Shown in pieces: positions 26,875 through 37,130 of a DNA stretch of 64,000 bases (its first letter is position 1; the number at the start of each line of letters is the position of its first letter). Source of the stretch: Squalus acanthias. Lineage: Eukaryota. A program made the translations under genes and the position numbers. The notes under the pieces were generated by a model, which was not told the origin of the DNA, did not search any database, and saw only the letters and a list, made by a program, of their open reading frames with translations. The stretch covers positions 114,702,001-114,766,000 of the forward strand of contig CM059431.1 of NCBI GenBank assembly GCA_030390025.1, written 5' to 3'.

Positions 26875-27100
26875 TTTGCTTAATGGGATCTGGGCATCGC
26901 TGGCAAGGCCAGCATTTATTGCCCATCCCTAGTTGCCCTTGAGAAGGTGGCGGTGAGCCGCCTTCTTGAACCGCTGTAGTCCGTGTGGTGATGGTACTCC
27001 CACAGTGCTGTTAGGGAGGGAGTTCCAGGATTTTGACCCAGCGACGATGAAGGATCGGCGATATACTTTTAAGTCAGGATGGTGTGTGACTTGGAGGGGA
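26875..27100 (-). mobile_element. LINE 3' end fragment (CR1-type; RSFIVAGSKSWNSLP...FKKAAHRHLLKGN)
   Basis: ORF 26929..27129 and the shared tail. Related pieces at 25530-25670, 33640-34120 and 62975-63040. Confidence 0.75.
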
Positions 27101-30100
27101 ACTCTAAAAAGGCACAATTTTGCTTTCACCCATCTTCATCAGAAACACTTACAAATTATATCCATAGCCCAATCAAATAAACTAAAAACAAGGAAAATAA
27201 ATACCTTGAACTATGAATTTAATTGTAGATCATTTGTTCTAATTATACCACCCATTAAAAGTTGTAAAAAGATCTTAAAAATTCAATGATACAGCAGAAT
27301 TACATGCACGGTTACTACATAGAACGTGTCAGCACAAAAAACTTCACCAGAACATACAAAGCAATTTACATTCACTTCTTACAAATTCAGAGAAGACACC
27401 AGGCTAGTCAAGTTGAAAAATCTATTTAAGTCTTGAAAATAGTGCAGATGTTCAAAATTCTGCCAAATGATAGCAATCCTGTTATTTTTAAATGACAGCT
27501 TTATAAAACTCAATTCGAAGAATGTGATTATTAACCACTAAGTGTTTTGATTAATAAATGTAGCCTCCCAAACAAGAGGATCCAAAGCATTGGAGTGCAA
27601 ATATACAGATCTTTGTGAATTTTAATTGTGAGCAAGTCTGCCACATAGGCCTAATTTAGCCAAAGAGATGAACCAGCACTAAGGGTTAGGAAGACTGAAG
27701 GAAGTAATCCCTGGGGTGGATATGGGGGTAAAATAGCTGTCTTCTCTTTAAAGGCTACATGCAGGAGAGCGCAAGCCAAAGCAAATGGGGAGGGGGTGGT
27801 CATAATAAAGACTGAAAACAAAGCAAATCAAATTTTTCACGATTAACTTAAACAAAGCTGACAGGTTTGGTGCTGAGCATTTTCATTTCTTTGCTCAAAT
27901 GTGGTTATCCGTCCTCTTTTATGCAAATGTAATGTGACAGGAGATGCTGGGAGCACTCAACCAAACCTATCGTACACAACAGGGGCTGCAGTCTTGCAGG
28001 CAGAGTCACAGATTAAATGGAGTGAATACTGATGGATAAATGACTTGAGCAGTGGTGAAGAGCTCATAAAGAGATTTTCAAAAATCCAAGGGAGGAGTGC
28101 AACAATGCAATTAACATTACCTATACCTAGGCTATCTCTAAACAGTGGAAAAATGACACTTAGTCACTGAAGAAATATCAGCAGGATCTGATATTAGCAT
28201 ACAAACTGAAAATTATCACTATGTACGAGTTTCTAAATTCATTCCCTATGGAATGTAAAGTAAAATGCATTGTAAACTGTCCAAGCATAGAGTAGAATAA
28301 AAAATAACGAGGTTACATTAAAAATGTACTGCTTTGGGCGTAGTGCAAAACTTTGCAGCCTTCAGAGGAAAATTAAAGTCTTCAGACATAGGTGTGTCAT
28401 AGTACTTCAGTGTTTAAGGGCTGGAACAGTAGTCAACCACTTGAGAGAACAGAGTACAAGAAAGGTCAAAATACTATAATGAACAGCATTTATAAAAGGT
28501 ACACGTCAACTTTGTATACATGAGGGGGAAGGGAAGAGGGATACGGGGGCAGGGTGGGAAGGGGTAATTAAGGAGGGAAAAGGTTGGTGTAGAGTTTAAA
28601 CATCAGCATAGACCAATTGGACTGAATGTCCTATTTCTGGACAGTAAATTCCATGTAATTCTATGACTGGGCAAAGATCCTGGTCACTTAGATATGGGTG
28701 ATGTGCTAATCGTACTGTATTTGGAGGATGCATTCCGTCTCATGGAATGTGGCACTGGCCAGCCTGCTCCAGCAGTATGTAGAGGATAACTCAATTTAAA
28801 AAATGAAGGCGGCAAAAGATAGTTTACCTACTTGGTACAGCCTTCTTCATTTTTCAAACTGAGTGATCAGTTGGGCCAAATGTCGTATAGATTCTATGTA
28901 ATTCTAGGACTTCTCTTCCACCGTATGGTTTCCTGAGCATTATAAGCGGGCATCGAAAGAAGTCAGTCACTCAAACTGGGCAGTCTGAAATGACAACACA
29001 AAATTCATTAAATCATTCAAAGCCATTAGTACCTTTGTTTAAATGTTAAAAAAACTGCTGAGAGGATCTGTTCATCTATGCTGTTTAATTGCAGCTTTAT
29101 ACAATGCCCGTATTCTGCAATGTTTGTATCAAGTACGTAAACTTATCTTTTAATGAGTTTTTGATGCTTGCTACAAGGACAGACTATAGAAGCCGAGTTT
29201 GTTTACACTAGAGGCATTGGGCTAAGTGCATGGATCACATCATATAATGAGTAAATTTGCCCCAAGGGCCTGGTGATAGTAGCCTTTCATTTGAGACCTG
29301 GATTTAAATCCAGCCCAGACCAGACATTTTTATGAAAAGCTCCTTTTGAGTTTGGGCAGCGAGCACAATTCTACAGTACTAAATTTTTGTATTAAATATA
29401 TGCTTACTCAGAGAGGTTGTCAGAACAATTGGAACAGAGAACAGTAAATCCATGTTGGTGTAGGAGAGAGTGTTGTTTTATTCACATCTCTCGTATTGAT
29501 TCATCAAGAAAAAGAAAACCACCAAATTAATGTATTAATTTTAATAATTAAACTCTACTTGCCCGAGAAACAAGGTGTTCTTGTGTTCAATCTCTTATGT
29601 TCCGGTCACCATCTGATCATTTTATATAAACCTTCTGAAGCATTAAATGCACCTGTTGAAACAAAAACAGTCATAGTTGGGTATAGTCTCTCTAACACGA
29701 GTGGGAGAAGGAACATCAAAAAAGTGATTACTTTAAGGCTTCTGTACAAAACTATATTAGTACAGTATTCCTTTTCACACAAGGAGAACTACCTTCACTT
29801 CTTTAGTACCATCAAAATGACTGCTGAGGAATCCTCTTGGGCACGTGATTGGACCTGGGGTGGGAGGGAAGAGGTGGGAGGGAAGAGGGGGGGGGGGGAA
29901 GAGGAGGAAAGAAAGAGAGTTGATCAGTAAATTAAAACAATCTGAAGTGCCTTGTGTTATTTTTTGGCCAAGGCAGAACAGAAAAACTGGTGATAAAAGG
30001 ACTAACAGTTGAAGAACCAAGTAGAGGGAAAAGGTGACCTCTTCTAGTATCCAGTGCCAGTCTACTTATGATCTACTGAATTGTGCACTTAAATACTAGC

Positions 30101-32245
30101 AGCTTTGTGGTACAAGAAATCTTCAATACATTGGAGAAACAAATATACTTATCCAACAGGGAGACCAAATATATTATAATTCTACAATGGACTTCATTGT
30201 TCAGTCATGAAACAAGCATCATGATGTTAAGTACCTGCACACCAGAATACACCCAAACTACTTGCCTTTCATTCAAAGCCATTCTCTTAGCATCCACACA
30301 GCTGCCCATGAAGCTGACAAATTTGAATTCAGGAGGGGAAAAAAATGCTCGCCACTTGTTATTTAGCTGTCTTCCACCCCCACTCTAATATTTTCTCCTC
30401 CCCAAGTCACTGACTCCTCACTGGGGTACAACTCCACAGGCAGCATTCATACTCAATTACCTCATCTAAGTGGCTATTATTCATGAGCAAGCCTTAACAG
30501 TGAGCGTTGGCAGGCTATCTGACCATGAAGGGCATCACAGCTAAGCCAGATACGATTCTCATTAAATGTCCTTATACATGCATTTCCAACAGGAATCACT
30601 GGATAACAGGAACAGGAACCTCAGCCTATTTTGTCTCTCAAGTAAGGACACAGAGGGTAACTGTAGTGCTCTAGCCAAGATCAACTAATATAGCAGACTG
30701 GAGATTGAACTTGGGACATTGCTGGTTCAAGGGAATCAACTCATGTCACCATTGATTGTTTTGCAACAATTTAAGATGTTGCATCCTATAGCAATGGCCT
30801 CATCATTTTAACCCACAGTAGTTATGCCTTATTTTTATTCTCAGTCAATCTCCCATTGTCTTTTTCATGAAAAAATGTTTTAAAAAAGTCTCTTCCTGCA
30901 AGTATCAGTTGGGTCTTTTTTTTCCAATCCATATAGCTTCACACACTTTTTCTCGTCGTCTCTAAAGAGGGGGAAACATGCCTGATTTTTCTACCCAGTG
31001 GCCAATTTTAGCACCCCATAACCAAATACAAATGGCAGAGGAAAAACCCGAACTCTGGTTACAACAGAATGAAAGCTGTTCTCACTCCTGCAGTTTCACT
31101 TCCCTAGCTTGTGACACACTTCAATCTACATTTTTTTTTTAAACCCATGTACAGTTTTGCCAGTCACCTAGATCAATTGCCTGGGACAGAGTAGCAAGTA
31201 CAGTAACTCATGGATCCAAATATCTACCTTTTTGATCACAACTGTGTGGCTTTTCTTGCTCAGCTGCAATGGTTACAGCCAGAAAAGCAGATTGCCGAGT
31301 CCAGGAGACTGGAAAGGCCAGACTGACACAGCATGCCATATCTTGTAATTACTGAGACAGCATTCAGCTTAATTAAGTTCCATCGCCACTACTTTCCATT
31401 TAAAGTAATCACTTACTTGCTAATTTCCAAGGTACAGAAGCAGGGTAACCTCTGCAAGGCTTCATGTCACACTTGACTCTAAATCTCACCCATTGTCTGA
31501 TTGACCAAGAGGCCAATCCATAAACCGAGTCGCATACAAGGTTATGGCTCCTCAGCAAGAGGCAGGCCCAAGACATGGAAGTGCTCCAGTAGACATATGC
31601 AAAGAAGGGTTGGAGAAGTCCAGAGAGGTAGAGGACAGCAGTAGTCAGTAAAACACCCAGGGGGGAATGTTAGTGGAATAAAGAATGGGAGCTGAAAACA
31701 AGTTGTAAATTCCCACAAACCAGCCAATTGGTTGATTGGCTGGCTTTGTTAAAGAGTAGCATAGAAGAAAATGGGACCTCTTGAACAATAAGAAACAGTG
31801 GCAAGACAAGAATGATAAATCAATATGGCCCTATTCATAAATGTCATTTTTATTTGTGTTTCGATCTATATAGTTATGCCAGGACTAACACCACAACATT
31901 CTTCCCTCAAGTGGACCAGACATAATGCTTCCAAGACACTATGGTATACCTCACTCTTGGTCAAACACCTCTTAAATAGTGGGCAACTTAAATGCTCAAG
32001 TTTATTGCATTTTTCTTGGAAACACAGATTTGACGGTTTATTTATCCGCAGAGACAGAGTTAACAAACTGTTATCACACTAAATGAGAACCTGTTTAGCT
32101 AAAATGTGAATATAGCAGGTAACCATAGGGCAAACCCAGTGAAATAACTAACAAATAGAAATTAAGAAAACCATTAAGTTATTCTAATACAAAAGGAAAG
32201 TTGGTAAGTTTTACCGAGGAATTATAGAAGGACTATTGCCAGAAG

Positions 32246-32251
32246 TTTATT
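32246..32251 (-). terminator. Candidate distal polyadenylation signal AATAAA
   Basis: tttatt on the plus strand, about 150 nt downstream of the candidate alternative last exon. Confidence 0.35.
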
Positions 32252-32396
32252 ATCCTGGATTGTTAATGATCACTCACACATTACTAGTTTAAGTGACAGA
32301 AACAAATATAAGCAAGTTCACTGGTTGGATAGTAGCATTAGCCGAATCCTGTAACGGATAAAGCTCCAAACTGCAACATCTAAAAAATAATGTGCA

Positions 32397-32432
32397 TTAT
32401 GCAGTAGAATTGTACTTACCGTCATCCCTTTG
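32397..32432 (-). CDS. RBM26: Candidate alternative RBM26 terminal coding exon (QRDDGKYNSTA*) or 13-nt microexon 32420-32432
   Basis: Minus strand reads ttaac...tttcctttgcag|CAAAGGGATGACG|gtaagt. In frame with the phase-0 donor at 41239. Confidence 0.45.
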   Translation of the reverse strand, partial: QRDDGKYNSTA

Positions 32433-32599
32433 CTGCAAAGGAAACTTTTAACAAGTTAATGGAAATGCAGAATTGGTTAAAGCTCTTTTGTGATTTCTTT
32501 TGGTGGGGGTTTGGAATGGTCTTACTTCTTTGTTTTTACATGTAACCAATTCTCTTTTATATTACATACGGTTTTCTTTTTCACTTTTTTTTTTAATAT

Positions 32600-33320
32600 A
32601 TATTAGACCATTCCATTTCTTTATTTTTTTTTTAAACATGTCTCAAAAGTCAAAAAGACTTTGACAGAGCTGTTGTACAATGAATGTTTAAAATCAACCC
32701 TCAAGTAAAATACGTACACAAATCCAACAGAAGAAAACCAAGGCTAATACATAGTAAAGCCTAAAGCAAACTATGCAAAATAAAGGTATACATAACTTTT
32801 TAACAAACAAGAGCACTTTTCAGTACTTCCCAAATTCTCTGCTTTATCACAAAGCTTAGAGTGTCTGAGCTTTTCAAAACATCCATAAAGAGATTCAATG
32901 TCAACCTTCATTCCATAACAACATGGAACCATTTATAATAGTTACATTGAAATGTTCTTAGTTTGGTCAGATCATATGACCAAATCAGTAAATTACATGT
33001 AAAGTCTTGGTAACTCTCTTTTAGGCTGAAGTTCAATGAACATTTGTATACCAAGTTTCACAAAATGAATTTTAAAAAAATGAATTACATACATGCCTCC
33101 TGTTGCAACTAAAGCCGTAATTTCATTTCAATCCTTCCATACAGGTACAGTAGCAACTCATTGCAGGGCCTAACCCTCTACCCCAAACAGTGCTTCTGGA
33201 CTAATACAGGTAATTCACTACAATCTTTAGTACATTAGTTTTTTTTTAAAAACAAATCACATTATGATTTAGAATGCAGACAGCATAGCTTTCTGTAAGT
33301 AAACATTGGTCGCTCTTTGA
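32600..33320 (-). other. RBM26: RBM26 3' UTR (approximate end)
   Basis: AU-rich sequence with no recognisable repeat and several TGTA motifs between the stop codon and AATAAA at 32620-32625 (minus strand). Confidence 0.65.
32620..32625 (-). terminator. Candidate proximal polyadenylation signal AATAAA
   Basis: tttatt on the plus strand about 700 nt after the stop. A genomic A-run follows on the minus strand, so internal priming could confound cDNA evidence. Confidence 0.55.
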
Positions 33321-33410
33321 TCATCTTCGCCATGAACGCGGTTCATTATCATCCTCTTCATCGTCATCATCTTGGAGCAATGAATCATCAATCAAAGACT
33401 CCTCCTGAAA
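33321..33410 (-). CDS. RBM26: RBM26 last coding exon, FQEESLIDDSLLQDDDDEEDDNEPRSWRR*
   Basis: cttag| acceptor, 29 codons plus TGA (33321-33323). Acidic tail ending RSWRR is typical of RBM26/27. Confidence 0.96.
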   Translation of the reverse strand, partial: FQEESLIDDSLLQDDDDEEDDNEPRSWRR

Positions 33411-33525
33411 CTAAGTAGAAATTCTTCCATTAAAATGGAGCAAGTTTACTTACAAGAATAAATTGCAAATCTTGAGTAAAAAAACAATGAACTTCAACAT
33501 CAACTGAGATGCGTGGTGTAATTAC

Positions 33526-33608
33526 ATCATGATGTGGAGATGCCGGCGTTGGACTGGGGTGGACAAAAATGAGAAGTCGCACAACACCAGGTTATGTGCG
33601 ACTTCTCA
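33526..33608. mobile_element. Tiny insert with internal inversion, probably a Penelope-type terminus
   Basis: Perfect 15-bp inverted repeat atgagaagtcgcaca (33569-33583) / tgtgcgacttctcat (33595-33609). taattac at 33519-33525 and 33609-33615. Confidence 0.55.
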
Positions 33609-33639
33609 TAATTACTACATATCACTGCTTTTGTGAGCT

Positions 33640-34120
33640 CTCTACCAACTGCAAGGCACAAGTCAGGAGTGTGATGGAATACTCTTCATTTGCCTGGATG
33701 GATGCAGCTGCAACAACACTCAAGAAGCTTGACACTATCCCAGACAAGCAGTTGACTTGATCGGCACCTCATCAACTAGCTTAAACATTCACTCCCTCCA
33801 CCACCGACGTACCATGGCTGCAACTCACCAAGGCTTATTCGGCAGCACCTCCCAAACCCACGACCTCCATCACCTGGAAGGACAAGGGCAGGAGGTGCAT
33901 GAGAACACCATCACCTCCAAGTCACACACCATGCTGACTTGACATATATAGTCGTTCCTTATTGTTGCTGGGTCAAATGTCCTGAAATAGTATTGTGGGA
34001 TCACCTTCACCACACAGACTGCAGTGGTTCAAGGTGGTGGCCCACCACCACCACCTTCGCAAGACAACTAGGGACGAGGAATAAATGTAGGTCTTGCCAC
34101 CCAGAGAATGAATAATAAAT
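33640..34120 (+). mobile_element. LINE 3' fragment (KAQVRSVMEYS..AWM.AA.TTLKKLDTI)
   Basis: ORFs 33569..33760 and 33757..33942 plus the shared tail. Confidence 0.75.
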
Positions 34121-34682
34121 TAAAAAATCTTAAACACAGCGAGGCTATGGTGTTTCAACCACATGAAATATTGGTGGTATTTGATTTCAAAAGCAACCAT
34201 CTAAGACAACGCACTCTAATCTGCACATGCAAATTACACCCAAGAGTCCGGTAAATTGTTCTTTTGGTTACTGAATGAAGAGTCATGGTTTATACATCAC
34301 CAGCAAAAATGTGGAATAGTTCATAATGCCAGGCACACAACTACATTCACCACGCTCCAACTAAACTGAAGTAATTGTCTGTACAGCGAATCAAAGATTT
34401 TTTTTAAATAATTCATTATCTAGTGCAACAGTACTGTGGTTCTCAAAGGTTATGCTAGCTTCATTTAAAAGGAATATGTTCAAATATTGAATCTTCCGAC
34501 AGATGCCCGACATTTCAATTAGATCCTGTAAAAACAAGTGGTCTGTTAATGTGGAAACTGTTGCAGTCTGAAGCCTGCATGGTTTACTTGATATAATAGA
34601 TCTTTTTTTTTTGCAAAGATCATAATGCGACAGCCTCTTTTAAGTGAAATAGACATCAGTAAACCCATATCTGTAAAAATGC

Positions 34683-34772
34683 CAGTTCTGACGAAGGGTC
34701 ATCGACCTGAAACATCAACTCTGTTTCTCTCTCTACAGAGGCTGCCTGACCTGCTGAGTATTCCCAGCATTT
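34683..34772 (+). mobile_element. 90-bp Penelope-derived insert consisting of a hammerhead motif plus short tail, 13-bp TSD
   Basis: tctgtaaaaatgc at 34670-34682 and 34773-34785. Insert begins cAGTT CTGACGA aGGGTC atc GACCT GAAA C ATC AACT. Confidence 0.85.
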
Positions 34773-35079
34773 TCTGTAAAAATGCTATTGTCTCTAACTA
34801 AAATTAACATTTTTAAATGGTAGCATTCCCATTTTATACAGAATTAGATGTGCAGTTAATTTGATGCAACCATCTAAATATTAGTTAACACAACCAAACA
34901 CAAAAGTACTATTAATGTTCCCTTACAGATCATATTAAAAGAAAATACATGCCAGTCTAAAAAATGATGCATGCTGCTAAACTGAGAGCAGCTAGCAACA
35001 TCAAAGTAGCAATCAATTGCGTATGGCTACAAGGAGCCCGAGCAAAACTGAAGTAATTGGGGAGTCAAAGGAAAAACCT

Positions 35080-35535
35080 CCGATGGTCAGTCATGCCCGA
35101 CAGCTCACCGAGACTTGATGCTGGACAAGCAGCCTCACAACAATGGAGGTATTGTGAGGTGAAGGAGAGGTAGAACTGAGTGTCATCAGTATACGTGTGG
35201 AAACTGATCCCATGTCTATAGATGATAGTACCAAGGGGCAACATGTCGAAGGGGAGCGGTGTGGAGGCAAGAATGAATCCTCTCAGTGACATTGTGAAGT
35301 GGGAAGAGAAACATTGGTACAGAGGCCCTGCCTATGATCGGATAGGTAAGAGTGGAACCAAGCGAGGGAAGCCCCATTAAATTGGACAACAGAGGAGAAG
35401 CATTGCAGGAGGAATAATACACTACGGTTAGTTACAGATAATGCAGTCCCTGACTTTGGCCAAGGCCGTTTCAGTGCTGCGGAAGAGGCAGAAGGCGGAT
35501 TGGAATTGTGGGAAGAGTTGACACCTCTGGGAGGT
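35080..35535 (-). mobile_element. Old L2-clade RT fragment
   Basis: MLPLGTIIYRHGISFHTYTDDTQFYLS and LAWFHSYLSD in the ORF track. Confidence 0.75.
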
Positions 35536-36919
35536 GACATTCAAGATCTTTCGTCCACTTCAGTTGAATTTCCCCCCAAATATTCTGATTCACACGAGTA
35601 TCAATGACATGCATGGAAACTGACTTGGTCGCATCACAAAGGCTGACAATAGGCAGAATAAATTAACACAGACACAGTTGAAAGAAACAGACAGAATTAC
35701 TGAAGCACTCTAAGTTAAATCATCCATCTTGCAGGGCAAGGCTTCGCAATTCCTCCATGCTAGGTAATTAAAATAAAGTCGTTTTAAACAAGGCAAGAAT
35801 GGGTTGAAGTTAAATCACAACTCTTGTGTAACAAGTTGACTTTTTCCCCCTCAAAAATGAGCACAAGATGGCAAAATGTCTTTAATTATATAGGGCTCAC
35901 ATTTTATCTTACAAGTAGTAATTCAGTGCTAATACGTAAATAGTCATCTCAGGTCTGAAAGCAACAGAAAGTCTAATGTGCAGAAAAAGCAACATGAAAA
36001 CACTAAAGCAGGAAACCATGACAGCTGGAAATCCCAATAGCCAAATATTGATGGCGGTTGCAACCTCAGCAAAACTGAAACATACTTGTAATCCGCAGGT
36101 CTACTCAAAGTTGGAAACTTGCACGAGTAGAACTGTTCTCGAGTTTTGATCAATTTCATCGAGTGGACACATTAGTGCAGTAAGACTCATTCTGAAACAG
36201 GAACTCACTATCTGATTTTAAAACAAAGTATTTTGTGCCAGAGGTTATTGTGTTTAAAGTGCTTCCAATAACTGAAGGTACAAATATCTTATTTTAACTG
36301 TATATAAATCAAAAACTCTCCTACATGCAACATGCCTAACATCTTAATACCATAGTTTTCTCAATTCTTTTCTAACAGCATTGTGCCCTAGCATAATTGA
36401 CAACTTTGCCTATGTTGAATACCCTAGATGGAACAATAAGCAGGCCCCTGAACTTTGCAGGTTACACAGTTATACGAGTATCCTGTATACTAAGCATTGT
36501 CAAGAATGCCTAAAGCAATACAAGTGGCCTTGGAAATCAAGTTCAACCATGATTCAAACAAGGGCAGCGATCAAATTGCCAGTTCTTCAGAGTAAGGTCA
36601 TGGCCAACAGATGATGCCTTCAACGAGTACTGCTGACGAGACAGCTGGTTTCATCTCAAACAAAAATGGGATATTGTTAGCATCCCAAATCTGATTGATC
36701 AACAGAGAACAATGGCGATGTTTGATGACCTGGCTTATACAAGCTCACTGTTAATTTATAATACTTTCCTGTACTTTGTCAAAATTTTACATAAAAGTGC
36801 CTTTACTGGTATTAACTGGTTAACCAAAGGGGTTGCTGCTCACAATCCAAAACAAAAAAAACTTCCTCTAACAAGCCCTTTGTCTCATTCTATTTTTATC
36901 TTCCTTTGGTGGTCCTCTT

Positions 36920-37130
36920 GAATGCTTCGCATCTCTGTATCTATGCCCCTCTACTTCTCTTTCCTTCTTTAAGATGCTCCTTAAAACCTACCTCTTTGAC
37001 CAAGCTTTCGGACATTTGTCCTTATATTTCCTTCTGTGGCAGTGTCAAATTTTTATTGATAACACTCTCGTTAAGCACCTTGGGATGTTCTGCTACATTA
37101 AAGGCGCTTATATAAATGCAAATTGTTGTT
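36920..37130 (+). mobile_element. L2-clade 3' tail
   Basis: LKTYLFDQAFGHL and ...aagcaccttgggatgttctgctacattaaaggcg...ataaatgcaa. Confidence 0.8.
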
